A DNA stretch of 64,000 nucleotides from Flavobacteriaceae bacterium (GCA_021648265.1 JAKITD010000005.1:740-64739); one strand, 5' to 3'. Positions 1 through 9,475 are shown, counted from the stretch's first letter. Numbers and translations: made by a program. Notes: generated by a model not told the origin, from the letters alone.

Positions 1-48
1 AATCATTCCTCGCCATTGTAACTCTTCGACAAAATTATTTAGTACCAT
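1..48 (-). CDS. tyrS: Tyrosine--tRNA ligase, 5' end only (runs off window); missed by ORF track
   Basis: Minus strand from ATG at 48 reads MVLNNFVEELQWRGMI, matching the N-terminal FVEELxWRGMI signature of Bacteroidota TyrS; TATCTTTG promoter box upstream. Confidence 0.8.
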   Translation of the reverse strand, partial: MVLNNFVEELQWRGMI

Positions 49-61
49 TTTATTAATTTTT

Positions 62-87
62 TTACCCTTCGCTAAAGCCTCGGGTAA
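62..87. repeat. Short palindromic repeat (CGCTAAAGC-core family) in tyrS 5' UTR
   Basis: ttaccc-ttcgctaaagcctc-gggtaa; same cgctaaagc core as 52597-52618. Confidence 0.5.
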
Positions 88-95
88 TTTTGAAG

Positions 96-103
96 CAAAG
101 ATA
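96..103 (-). promoter_or_regulatory. Bacteroidota -7 promoter box for tyrS
   Basis: Minus strand TATCTTTG = TAnnTTTG consensus, about 50 nt upstream of the tyrS ATG. Confidence 0.6.
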
Positions 104-171
104 TATTTCTATAATTTAAAATGAAATGATTATGGCTTTAATAATTTTTAGTAGCGTGAATAAAAATAACA

Positions 172-199
172 AAGGGCTAAAGTATAAATTTTAGCCCTT
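172..199 (-). terminator. Intrinsic terminator of the protease-LRR operon
   Basis: aagggctaaa / tttagccctt 10-bp stem followed by T-rich run on minus strand, just downstream of the 228 stop. Confidence 0.7.
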
Positions 200-227
200 C
201 ACGTTTTTTAAAACCAGTTATATTGTT

Positions 228-1115
228 TTACTCTTTCACAATTTTCTTAGTAACAGATCCTCTATCTGTTTCTATCTGTACAAATAATAATCCAGCAGAT
301 AAGTTAGAGACCTCTAGTAGGTTTGAAGGGTTGTTTTGCGCTAATACCAATCTACCAAATACATCAAAAACCTTAATTGAGTTAATAAAATAATCGGTTT
401 CAATATATATTGGTCCATTGGTAGGGTTAGGAGTAATAACAACTTGCGACTGTAAGTTATCTACTATACCTAAACTACAATCTTCTGAATAAAAGAAATC
501 TGCTCTTATAAACCAGCTTGAATAAGGAGGGTCGTCATTTGTTGCAGCATCTTCATCATCTACCATCACACAATTTAGTTCTGTTAGCACGCAAGGTTCT
601 CCCTCAAATTCACATGGTAACGTAACATTTAGTAATATGGAGTTGTTACCGTTTTTTAGGTCTAAGCTTTCTAAAAAAATTAAATTTTCACCATGAAGCA
701 CTTCCAAGTTTACATTATTACTAAGATCTAAAGAAGTAAAAAGCATACTAAACCCCGCAGCACTGCTATTGCAATAGAGTTCTTTTAACTGGATATTGTT
801 ACTCACATCAAGGATTGTTAAATCATTTCCGCCAACATCTAAAAACTCTAAAGCAGTAAAATCTTCAATACCAGTTATATCTTCAATACCTATATGATTA
901 AGATCAAGTGTTATTACAATCTCAATATCACTAGTAAGCACTTGCCCGTTTATAATACCGTCACTATCAATCCCAAAGTCAATAAGAGCTTGTTCAAAAA
1001 AGGGGTCAGGGATTGCTGTAGTTTGAGCACATAGTAAATTTGGTTGCAAGCCTTGATATATAAAAATAAATAATATTAAAAAGGTTTTGAATGATATAAT
1101 TTTTATTGTTTTCAT
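228..1115 (-). CDS. Leucine-rich-repeat (internalin-like) protein with T9SS C-terminal sorting domain
   Basis: Signal peptide, IPDPFFEQALID motif, LRR-like repeats (LEFLDVGGNDLTILDVSNN), C-terminal PNPTNG...IKVFDVFGRLV...KKIVKE. Confidence 0.8.
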   Translation of the reverse strand: MKTIKIISFKTFLILFIFIYQGLQPNLLCAQTTAIPDPFFEQALIDFGIDSDGIINGQVLTSDIEIVITLDLNHIGIEDITGIEDFTALEFLDVGGNDLTILDVSNNIQLKELYCNSSAAGFSMLFTSLDLSNNVNLEVLHGENLIFLESLDLKNGNNSILLNVTLPCEFEGEPCVLTELNCVMVDDEDAATNDDPPYSSWFIRADFFYSEDCSLGIVDNLQSQVVITPNPTNGPIYIETDYFINSIKVFDVFGRLVLAQNNPSNLLEVSNLSAGLLFVQIETDRGSVTKKIVKE

Positions 1116-1119
1116 AATA

Positions 1120-3744
1120 TTATTCTTTTAAAAGAGTTTTTGAATTTTGAACTACTCCATCACAAACTAATATAATATTGTATAAGCCTGTGGTATATGC
1201 TGAAACATTTATACTAATGCTAGTTTGTTGCGTATTAAGTATATAATTATCATTATTTCCTGTATTCATATTTACAATCATTACATAAGCAGAGGTTGCA
1301 TCTGTAGTAATGTAATTAATGTTTAATATATTATTTGCAGGATTAGGGTTTATAGTCTCAATTCTATAGGGTTTAATACTAACTTCAATTTCGTCATAAT
1401 CTTTAAACCCATCTATATTAGATACTATTTCTAATTTATAGGTTTTAGTTATGTCTGGGGAAATTGTAAGATCCGTTCCTGTATAAATAAGATTTCCCTC
1501 TGGATCGTACCAATTATAAGTTGCATCTTCATTTATTTCTCCTGCTGAAATAGTAATGCTTTCATTTTTTTCAATTTCCTTATCGTCTCCCGCATCGGCA
1601 TCAAAAACAGGTCGAGCTTGTTTACGAATCTCGAAGGTTTCGCCTCCTATTATTTTGTTGGTAACAGCATCTCTTTGAATTAAATGATAAATATACTTAG
1701 TTTTATTAGTTATTTCTTTTGTTAAAAAATTAAAATCTACAGATATCGTTCCAATTTCATTGGGTGCTAATTGAATATTTTCGATAATAGCATAGTTGTT
1801 TTCAACAATAATTTTTGTGCTATCTGCTGTGCTTTTGAAATTTGCTGAAATTTTCCCGCCATTATCCCAAGCATTATAAATAACATCATCTAAAGTAATA
1901 GATATTTCTGCTTCTTGGTAAATTGGTTTTCCAACTTCTTGTGTTTCTTTAAAAAACTCTAAAGTAAATTCTTTTGGTTCATTAAAAAAATTACCTACAG
2001 CAACAATACTACCAACAGTAGAGAGAGTACCTGGATCCATTTCTATTATTGATAAATTTTTCCAAGCTATATTGTTATTGTTTTTAACATTGTCTGTAAT
2101 AAAAGTTTCTTCGGGAAAGGTCATAGGATCATCGCTAGAGATTATTCGTGCTAAAAGACAAAAATGCCAAGGATTATCATTGTTAATATTCGTATAATCA
2201 TCTGGATTAGGAACTGGCCATTCAAATTCAAGTATGGCTGATTCCCCACTTGAAATAGAAGGAATATTGAGCGTTCCTATTTCATCGCCCATTAATACTT
2301 CTTGTCCTTCAGAATCTATAACTGTTAAATTTCCTTCCCAATGCAGTGGCCAAGATAGTGCTGTATTAGCCTTTGCCCAATATAGTTTTAACTGGTCATT
2401 ACTTGAAGAGGTATTACAAGATTTATTTTGTACCTTTACATAAGCATAATTAGGTTGATTAGGGTCATATACAGGGTTTTCGTGTTCTTGAATAACAGTA
2501 CCATCATTTTGATTTCTAACCCAAATATCCTCACTAGTCCAAAAAATGTTTGTATGAATATTTGGTTCTTGACCAGTATCTGTTTCTGTATCTTGCATAT
2601 ACAAGTCTATTTCTGTTTCTGATAATCTAGGGGTGAACTCTCCATATTTATCATATTCAATTGCCTCGTGTGCTCTAATACCTTGTCCTGTAGTAAATAA
2701 ATTTTTACAACTTGAAGCAAAATATGACATAGTATTGCGACAATCTGCCTCTGTAATTTGAAACGGTGCACCACCACAGTCTTTAAAAAATGGGGAGTTA
2801 GGGTCATTTATCCTACTATCAGGATTATAGCTGCAATTTAGAATATCTGTATAGGCTTGGTTTACAGCGGGGTTAAATTTTAAATGATTTATTTCAGCTT
2901 CTGTAAACCCATAATCAATAAGTGCCTGTTCAATAGCGGCTGCATTTAGTAAACTATTAAACCCGTTTTCATTAAGGGCAATTTGGTTTCTTGCTTCACT
3001 CCAAGTATAACCTATATCAGCTACTTCTACAGCATAAGCAACGTAAATGTGCTGTTCTCTAAAAAAATTAGGTACAGCATTAGTATCATGAACTTCATCT
3101 CCTTCAGAAAGAGCATTATATTCAGGATCTGTTTCAGTACGGGTTACCCTTTCACAGTTTACGGGATCTGGTCTATAACTGCCATTATCGAAAGTGTGGT
3201 ATAAATTAAAATTATGCCCTATCTCATGGATAATTGCATTACTGTATATATTAGCGTCATTTACAGCTAGATGTGCGCGGTTATATCTACCCTGCCCAGA
3301 CCCATTTGCTAAACGGTGGGGAACATAAATATTAAAAGCATTTTGTTTAGCATAGCCTTGTGATTCTGCATAGTTATGAATAAAAATCAAGCTAGACCCA
3401 GTATGATGTGTTGTTGAGTTAAATGAATCCATACCAATTAAATTAAAACAAATATTGAGACCTGAATATGCATCGTTGAGTACCTCAACACTTTGCAAAG
3501 CCTTTTGTGGCGTTAGAGGTGTGCCAGATGATGTATACGAACCATCACTTTTATTAATCCTCCAAAAAAAGATATTAAATGTTTTAGTAGAGAAGGTTGC
3601 TAAAGTATCAATATTCGCTAATTTGCTATAAACTCCAATAGGGTCAGGTTCAGTTTTTTCTGGTGTTGCACAAAAATCTTCTGTTTGTGAATAAGTAATA
3701 AATGTAAATGCTAAAAACATTAGGATAGTAAATTTTACTTTCAT
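1120..3744 (-). CDS. M43 (pappalysin/ulilysin-like) zinc metalloprotease with T9SS C-terminal domain
   Basis: HEIGHNFNLYH zinc motif, GDEVHDT, NTMSY Met-turn, Ig/PKD-like region, C-terminal PNPAN...SKTLLKE. Confidence 0.85.
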   Translation of the reverse strand: MKVKFTILMFLAFTFITYSQTEDFCATPEKTEPDPIGVYSKLANIDTLATFSTKTFNIFFWRINKSDGSYTSSGTPLTPQKALQSVEVLNDAYSGLNICFNLIGMDSFNSTTHHTGSSLIFIHNYAESQGYAKQNAFNIYVPHRLANGSGQGRYNRAHLAVNDANIYSNAIIHEIGHNFNLYHTFDNGSYRPDPVNCERVTRTETDPEYNALSEGDEVHDTNAVPNFFREQHIYVAYAVEVADIGYTWSEARNQIALNENGFNSLLNAAAIEQALIDYGFTEAEINHLKFNPAVNQAYTDILNCSYNPDSRINDPNSPFFKDCGGAPFQITEADCRNTMSYFASSCKNLFTTGQGIRAHEAIEYDKYGEFTPRLSETEIDLYMQDTETDTGQEPNIHTNIFWTSEDIWVRNQNDGTVIQEHENPVYDPNQPNYAYVKVQNKSCNTSSSNDQLKLYWAKANTALSWPLHWEGNLTVIDSEGQEVLMGDEIGTLNIPSISSGESAILEFEWPVPNPDDYTNINNDNPWHFCLLARIISSDDPMTFPEETFITDNVKNNNNIAWKNLSIIEMDPGTLSTVGSIVAVGNFFNEPKEFTLEFFKETQEVGKPIYQEAEISITLDDVIYNAWDNGGKISANFKSTADSTKIIVENNYAIIENIQLAPNEIGTISVDFNFLTKEITNKTKYIYHLIQRDAVTNKIIGGETFEIRKQARPVFDADAGDDKEIEKNESITISAGEINEDATYNWYDPEGNLIYTGTDLTISPDITKTYKLEIVSNIDGFKDYDEIEVSIKPYRIETINPNPANNILNINYITTDATSAYVMIVNMNTGNNDNYILNTQQTSISINVSAYTTGLYNIILVCDGVVQNSKTLLKE

Positions 3745-3824
3745 GATTTATGGTTTTAAAGTTAGTAAATATTGCTTTATTAAGCAAACAATAGTAGCAA
3801 AATTTGTGAGGAGTATAATTCAAA

Positions 3825-3848
3825 TATAGTGATTTATATATCACTATA
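3825..3848. promoter_or_regulatory. Putative operator palindrome overlapping the leftward -7 box
   Basis: tatagtgat-N6-atcactata perfect inverted repeat; minus-strand TATATTTG at 3821-3828 overlaps it. Confidence 0.55.
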
Positions 3849-3877
3849 AAAATTATTTTCATCATCATTTTTAATGA

Positions 3878-4102
3878 GTGTTAGAAAGTGGAGACAATAC
3901 TTTAATAAAATTTGGAGACAATCTTAGAAAACTAAGGGTTGCTCAATCTATATCTCAACAACAATTAGCTTTTGAGTCAGGCTTATCTAGGGAGTATATT
4001 AATCGAATAGAAAATGGAAATGTTAATATCTCATTAAAAAATATTGTAGCCATCGCCAATGTACTCAACATTGCTGTAAAAGATTTTTTTTTTAATTTTT
4101 AG
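3878..4102 (+). CDS. XRE/Cro-family helix-turn-helix regulator (controller-protein-like)
   Basis: LRKLR..SQQQLAFESGLSREYINRIENGNVNISL HTH_3 pattern. Confidence 0.85.
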   Translation: MLESGDNTLIKFGDNLRKLRVAQSISQQQLAFESGLSREYINRIENGNVNISLKNIVAIANVLNIAVKDFFFNF

Positions 4103-4129
4103 CCTTCATTTAATCATTACATTAGCTAA

Positions 4130-5140
4130 ATGATATTAGTAACAGGAGGAACCGGATTGGTAGGAGCACATTTATTGTATGCTTTAATAAATAATGATGA
4201 AAAAGTTCGTGCCATTCATAGAAAATCAAGCGATTTAGAGGCCGTAAAAAATGTATTTTCGTATTACACCAACGAGCCTGACTTATTATTTAATAAAATT
4301 GAATGGATGGTTGCAGATATTACCGATGTTCCTTCATTAGCGGAAGTTTTTAAAGGAATTGATTATGTGTATCATTGTGCAGCTTACATAAGTTTTAACC
4401 CACGACATCTACCCGTTTTAAAGAAAGTAAATGTAGAAGGAACGGCAAATATTGTAAATTTTTCTCTTTCTGAAGGCGTGAAAAAACTATGTTACATTAG
4501 CTCTATTGCTACCTTAGGAAACACAACAGATGGATCCTCTATTACCGAAGAAACCGAATTTAACCCCGAAGATAAAAACAGTGTCTATTCCATTACAAAA
4601 CACGATGCCGAAATGGAAGTCTGGCGAGGCACACAAGAAGGATTGGACGCCGTAATTGTACATCCAGGCGTTATTTTAGGCGAAGGAATTTGGAGCTCTG
4701 CAAGTGGCGGGATTTTAAGAACCGTTAATAAAGGTGTAAAATATTATACCACTGGTGGCGTAGGAATTGTAGATGTACAAGATGTTGCCAAAGCAATGAT
4801 TGCACTTTTAAAAAGTACTATTAAAAATGATCATTTTATTTTGGCAGGAGAAAATATTGGTTATCGTGAATTTCTAACAAAAATTGCTGAAAACCTTCAC
4901 AAAAAGCCACCCATTAAATCGATTGCTAAAGGAATGATGATGGCGTTTGCAAGTGTAGATTGGTTTTTAAACAAGCTATTTAAAACAAAACGAAAGCTAC
5001 TAAAAGCAACCGTAAGGTCTTTATATAATAGCCGATCTTATGATGCTTCAAAAATTGAAAAAAATCTCGATTTCACATTTACTCCTTATCAAAAAACCAT
5101 CGAAAGGGTTTGTAGAAATTATTTGAGAGATAAAAAATAA
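4130..5140 (+). CDS. NAD-dependent epimerase/dehydratase
   Basis: GGTGLVG Rossmann motif, YxxxK (YSITK). Confidence 0.85.
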   Translation: MILVTGGTGLVGAHLLYALINNDEKVRAIHRKSSDLEAVKNVFSYYTNEPDLLFNKIEWMVADITDVPSLAEVFKGIDYVYHCAAYISFNPRHLPVLKKVNVEGTANIVNFSLSEGVKKLCYISSIATLGNTTDGSSITEETEFNPEDKNSVYSITKHDAEMEVWRGTQEGLDAVIVHPGVILGEGIWSSASGGILRTVNKGVKYYTTGGVGIVDVQDVAKAMIALLKSTIKNDHFILAGENIGYREFLTKIAENLHKKPPIKSIAKGMMMAFASVDWFLNKLFKTKRKLLKATVRSLYNSRSYDASKIEKNLDFTFTPYQKTIERVCRNYLRDKK

Positions 5141-5632
5141 TTAGTTACTTTTTAATAATTTAATAGAATCAAAAACTTTAATTTTAAGCTTCTTATTTTT
5201 TGCCTTTAAAATAGAATCTTCTTTTTTAGCAATTTTATAAAGACTGTCTTTTTCTATTTTAAGTTTTTTTAATCTAGACTGTACATTGGTTAGTAATTTG
5301 CCATAGGTTTTTAAATTGGCACTATAAAACCCATTGCTTTCAACAAATTGGAGGCTATCAATTTCATATTTCGCATAAATTAACGAATCTAATTGAAGGC
5401 CTTTTTGTCGAATGAGTTTGTTATTTACATTTCTGGTAGCATTACTTATATAAACATCACTTAAAATATCGACCATTTTTTCTTTAGAAATAAGATTGGT
5501 AGGCATTTCAGGTTTCTTCACATCTTGACAAGACAGTAAAAACAATACCGAAATAAAACTTAAGGTAAATGTTACCGTCTTCAGTCTTCGGTCTTCAGTC
5601 TCTTCTCTCTTCTCTCTTCTCTTCCCTTTCAT
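5141..5632 (-). CDS. DUF4296-like lipoprotein with repeat-derived N-terminal extension
   Basis: Lipobox LLSC, KPEMPTNLISKEKMVDIL..KYEIDSLQF..SN.FY; ATG at 5632 overlaps the pyrC TGA (TGATG). Confidence 0.7.
   Translation of the reverse strand: MKGKRREKREETEDRRLKTVTFTLSFISVLFLLSCQDVKKPEMPTNLISKEKMVDILSDVYISNATRNVNNKLIRQKGLQLDSLIYAKYEIDSLQFVESNGFYSANLKTYGKLLTNVQSRLKKLKIEKDSLYKIAKKEDSILKAKNKKLKIKVFDSIKLLKSN
5577..5621. repeat. Two triplets of heptamer tandem repeats
   Basis: (gtcttca/gtcttcg)x3, gtc, (tcttctc)x3. Confidence 0.85.
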
Positions 5633-6975
5633 CACCCTCTATTAAATGTTAAACGTTCGCCAATAGTTCTGTTCGGAAATTTAAAGTTTTCATAGGCTAA
5701 AATTCCGTTGATAAAGGTATGTGTTATTCTGGATTTAAAGGTAGTTCCTTCAAAAGGAGACCAACCACATTTATAATAAATATTTTCTTTATTTACCGTC
5801 CAAGGGTTTACTAAATCTACCAAAACCAAATCGGCTTTATAACCTTCCCTTATATAACCTCTGTCTTTTATCTGAAATAATATTGCTGGATTATGAGCCG
5901 ATTTCTCCACTATTTTTTCTAATGAAATTACACCTTTATGATACATTTCTAACAAAGCCACAAGTGCGTGTTGTACTAAAGGACCGCCAGAAGGAGCTTT
6001 GGTATAAACATTGTTTTTTTCGGCTAAGGTATGTGGTGCGTGGTCGGTAGCTAACACGTCTAAACGGTCGTCTAATAATGCTTTCCATAAGGCGTTTTTA
6101 TCTTTTTGGCTTTTTACCGCAGGATTCCATTTAATTTTTGAGCCTTTAGTTTTATAATCTTCCTCGGTAAACCAAAGGTGATGAATACAAACTTCTGCAG
6201 TAATTTTTTTTTCTGAAAGAGGAATTTTATTAGTAAACAAATGTGTTTCAATTTCTGTTGAAAGGTGAAAAACATGCAATCTTGCTCCCGTTTTTTTAGC
6301 TAATTCAATTGCTTTTGAAGAAGATAAATAACAAGCCTCTGCGCTTCTTATTTTAGGGTGCATTTCTATTGGAATATCATCGCCATATTCTTCTAAATAT
6401 TTGGCTAAGTTATTCTGTATGGTTTTTTCATCTTCACAATGTACCGAAATAAGCAAATCTGTTTTACTAAATATTTCTTCCAAAACTTTAGGGTTATCTA
6501 CCAACATATTTCCGGTTGATGATCCTAAAAATAATTTTAATCCCGCTACTTTAGTCTTATCAACTTTTAAAATTTCGTCTAAATTATCGTTGGTGCCACC
6601 AAACATAAAGCTATAATTTGCCCAAGAGGTTTCTTTGGCTATATCAAATTTTTCTTCTAGTTTTTCAACGGTAGTAGCCTGCGGAACGGTGTTTGGCATT
6701 TCTATAAACGAGGTGATTCCGCCAGCAACTGCTGCTTTAGATTCGGTTTCGATGGTTGCTTTATGGGTAAGTCCTGGTTCTCTAAAATGAACTTGGTCGT
6801 CTATTAAACCTGGCAATAAATATTTGCCATTGGCTTCAATAATTTTAGTATCTGAAGTTTTTGCACTGATTCTTTCAGCGATTTCAGTAATGCGATCATT
6901 TTCTATAAAGACATCTCCTTTTACAATGGAGCCTTCATTTACAATTTTAGCATTTTTAATTAAAATTTTATTCAT
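5632..6975 (-). CDS. pyrC: Dihydroorotase
   Basis: PGLIDDQVHFREPG, EMPNT, HCED, ATDHAPH amidohydrolase motifs. Confidence 0.9.
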   Translation of the reverse strand: MNKILIKNAKIVNEGSIVKGDVFIENDRITEIAERISAKTSDTKIIEANGKYLLPGLIDDQVHFREPGLTHKATIETESKAAVAGGITSFIEMPNTVPQATTVEKLEEKFDIAKETSWANYSFMFGGTNDNLDEILKVDKTKVAGLKLFLGSSTGNMLVDNPKVLEEIFSKTDLLISVHCEDEKTIQNNLAKYLEEYGDDIPIEMHPKIRSAEACYLSSSKAIELAKKTGARLHVFHLSTEIETHLFTNKIPLSEKKITAEVCIHHLWFTEEDYKTKGSKIKWNPAVKSQKDKNALWKALLDDRLDVLATDHAPHTLAEKNNVYTKAPSGGPLVQHALVALLEMYHKGVISLEKIVEKSAHNPAILFQIKDRGYIREGYKADLVLVDLVNPWTVNKENIYYKCGWSPFEGTTFKSRITHTFINGILAYENFKFPNRTIGERLTFNRG

Positions 6976-7013
6976 TTTAAATTTTTATATTACTTGATAT
7001 TTGCTTTCGTACT

Positions 7014-7066
7014 CTGAGCGGAGTCGAAGAGTATCACATTTCTCAGAACCCTTCGGCTCCGCTCAG
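7014..7066. repeat. REP-like inverted repeat (CTTCG[A/G]CTCCGCTCAG family)
   Basis: ctgagcggagtcgaag (7014-7029) ... cttcggctccgctcag (7051-7066). Confidence 0.85.
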
Positions 7067-7077
7067 GGCACTTTATT

Positions 7078-7809
7078 TTAAATTTCATATTTAGTAAACA
7101 TACTTTTAAACTTCATGGAAATAACACCAAAAATTGCTTCCGAAATAATTCCTCCGCTCATTTTGGATTCTCCTTTGGTTCTATCGGTGAAGATTACGGG
7201 AACTTCAACAATAGTAAACTTGTGGAGATAGGCTTTAAATTTCATTTCTATCTGAAATGCATAGCCCACAAATTGGATTTTATCAAGGTTAATCTTCTCT
7301 AACACATTTCGTTTATAGCACACAAATCCTGCGGTAGTATCGCTGATATTCATACTGGTAATTAACCGAACGTATTTAGATGCCAGCCAAGAAAGCAATA
7401 CCCTGCTCATTGGCCAATTAACTACATTTACACCCGTTTTATAACGAGACCCAATTGCTAAGTCGGCTCCTTCAATTTCGCAAGCATCTTGTAATTTTAA
7501 TAAATCGTTTGGATTGTGAGAAAAATCTGCATCCATTTCAAAAATAAAATCATAGTCTTTTTGTAATGCCCATTTAAATCCGTGTATATAGGCAGTTCCT
7601 AATCCCAATTTCCCTAGTCTTTTTTCAATAAAAAGTTGCGATGAAAATTCTGTTTGTAGTTTTTCAACTGCTTCAGAAGTACCATCTGGCGAACCATCAT
7701 CTACCACTAACACATCATATTTTCTAGGCAAAGCAAACACAGCTCGGAGTATTTCGTCGATGTTTTCAATTTCATTATAAGTAGGTATAATCACCAATGC
7801 CTTGGGCAT
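7078..7809 (-). CDS. Polyprenol-phosphate mannose synthase-like GT2
   Basis: IIPTYNE, VDDGSPDGT, EMDADFSH; probable start MPKALVII at 7809. Confidence 0.85.
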   Translation of the reverse strand: MPKALVIIPTYNEIENIDEILRAVFALPRKYDVLVVDDGSPDGTSEAVEKLQTEFSSQLFIEKRLGKLGLGTAYIHGFKWALQKDYDFIFEMDADFSHNPNDLLKLQDACEIEGADLAIGSRYKTGVNVVNWPMSRVLLSWLASKYVRLITSMNISDTTAGFVCYKRNVLEKINLDKIQFVGYAFQIEMKFKAYLHKFTIVEVPVIFTDRTKGESKMSGGIISEAIFGVISMKFKSMFTKYEI

Positions 7810-7928
7810 ATTCTCAATTTTCAACAAATGTACCTTTTTTGAACGAATTAAATGTAAATGAAATTGTAAATGAACTCCTTTTTGTGAGTTAAAAAAGCAG
7901 TATTTTTATCCAATTAAAATACCTTAAA

Positions 7929-8570
7929 ATGCAATACTTAGAAAGAACAATATATTCCCTAGATTGGGTAATCTTACTTTTAGTAGGAAGTATTGCTATA
8001 ATTGCTATTTTAAAATCATTATATCCAAATAGGTTTGATGATTTTATAAAATTACCTTTTTCAAGCAACTATTTTTTGTTAAAAGGAAAGTCTGAAGAAA
8101 TAAAACATCCTTTTAGTTGGGTATTGTTTGGGGTTCAAATTATTTCAATATCCTTGTTTTTAAACCTTTTTTTTATTGAAGAAAACTTAGGGGATTCTAA
8201 GGTTTTTCTACAAATATTCTTAGGAATTTCTAGTTTTGTTATCATTAAATATAGTATAGAAAAAATTATTGGAATTGTATTCTCTATCGAAAACATTACC
8301 AACCAATATGCTTATCAAAAGCTTACTTATCGTAATTATTTAGCATTATTCTTGCTTATTGCTAATTTTATTTTTTACTTTTCAGTACAGGCAAATAAGC
8401 AAGTACTTCTTGTTTTTGCTGGAATTTTGATACTTATAAACTGTGTTGTTTTATATTATAGTTTCAAAAAATACAGAAATCTTTTATTTAGCAATTTCTT
8501 TTATTTTTTATTGTATCTTTGCACACTCGAAATTTCGCCCTATGTGTTACTGTACAAAGTACTTGTATAA
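7929..8570 (+). CDS. DUF4271-like membrane protein
   Basis: Multi-TM protein ending YFLLYLCTLEISP; position upstream of hemD. Confidence 0.7.
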   Translation: MQYLERTIYSLDWVILLLVGSIAIIAILKSLYPNRFDDFIKLPFSSNYFLLKGKSEEIKHPFSWVLFGVQIISISLFLNLFFIEENLGDSKVFLQIFLGISSFVIIKYSIEKIIGIVFSIENITNQYAYQKLTYRNYLALFLLIANFIFYFSVQANKQVLLVFAGILILINCVVLYYSFKKYRNLLFSNFFYFLLYLCTLEISPYVLLYKVLV

Positions 8571-8596
8571 AAAGGGTTAATTATTAAAAGTTCTAT

Positions 8597-9346
8597 ATGA
8601 AAGTGAAAACTATATTGGTTTCGCAACCAGAGCCTAAGGTTGAAAATTCTCCATATTTCGATTTGATTGATAGACAAAAAGTTAAGATCGATTTTAGATG
8701 TTTTATTCATGTAGAAGGCGTGTCTAGTAAAGAAGTTCGTGCTCAAAAAGTAGATCTATCAAAATTTACAGCTGTAATTTTAACTAGCAGAAATGCTGTA
8801 GATCATTATTTTAGAATTGCTGAAGAAATGCGTTTTAAAGTACCTGATTCTATGAAATATTTTTGTCAAAGTGAAGCGGTTGCGTACTATTTACAAAAAT
8901 ATGTAGTTTACCGAAAACGTAAAATTTATGTGGGTAAGAGAACATTTTCAGAGCTTACGCCCATTATTAAAAAATACAAAACCGAAACTTTTCTGTTACC
9001 ATCTTCAGACAAATTAAAACCTGAAGTTCCGAAACTAATGAATGAGTTAGGTGTTTCTTGGAAAGAAGCGACATTTTTCACAACAGTAGTAAGTGATCTT
9101 TCAGATTTAAAAGATGTTTATTACGATATTTTAGTGTTTTTTAGTCCAAGTGGAATCAAGTCTTTATATGAAAACTTTCCGAACTTTGAACAAAACGATA
9201 CGCGAATTGCCGTATTTGGAAACACAACAGTAAAAGCAGCAACAGAAAAAGGATTGCGAATAGATATTCAGGCACCAACACCTGAAACTCCATCAATGAC
9301 AATGGCTCTAGAAAAATACATAAAAGAAGCAAATAAGAAAAAGTAA
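8597..9346 (+). CDS. hemD: Uroporphyrinogen-III synthase
   Basis: MKVKTILVSQP, FFSPSGIKSL, AVFG; typical Bacteroidota HemD-family sequence. Confidence 0.8.
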   Translation: MKVKTILVSQPEPKVENSPYFDLIDRQKVKIDFRCFIHVEGVSSKEVRAQKVDLSKFTAVILTSRNAVDHYFRIAEEMRFKVPDSMKYFCQSEAVAYYLQKYVVYRKRKIYVGKRTFSELTPIIKKYKTETFLLPSSDKLKPEVPKLMNELGVSWKEATFFTTVVSDLSDLKDVYYDILVFFSPSGIKSLYENFPNFEQNDTRIAVFGNTTVKAATEKGLRIDIQAPTPETPSMTMALEKYIKEANKKK

Positions 9347-9366
9347 TTTTATTTTTATAAATTAAC

Positions 9367-9399
9367 AAAGTCCTTGCAGATTATTTCTGTAAGGACTTT
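9367..9399 (+). terminator. Intrinsic terminator after hemD
   Basis: aaagtccttgcaga / tctgtaaggacttt stem plus T-tract. Confidence 0.75.
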
Positions 9400-9420
9400 T
9401 CTTTTGGTTTTAAGTAAATA

Positions 9421-9458
9421 AAAAAGCGATTGTTTAAAAAATTAAATAATCGCTTTTT
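9421..9458 (-). terminator. Intrinsic terminator after pckA
   Basis: aaaaagcgattgttt / aaataatcgcttttt stem. Confidence 0.7.
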
Positions 9459-9475
9459 AAAATAACTTTTAGCAA

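Noticed and set aside
3878-4102. Prophage repressor, toxin-antitoxin or restriction-modification controller
   Set aside because: No phage, toxin, methyltransferase or endonuclease gene adjacent; neighbours are secreted proteins and a housekeeping epimerase
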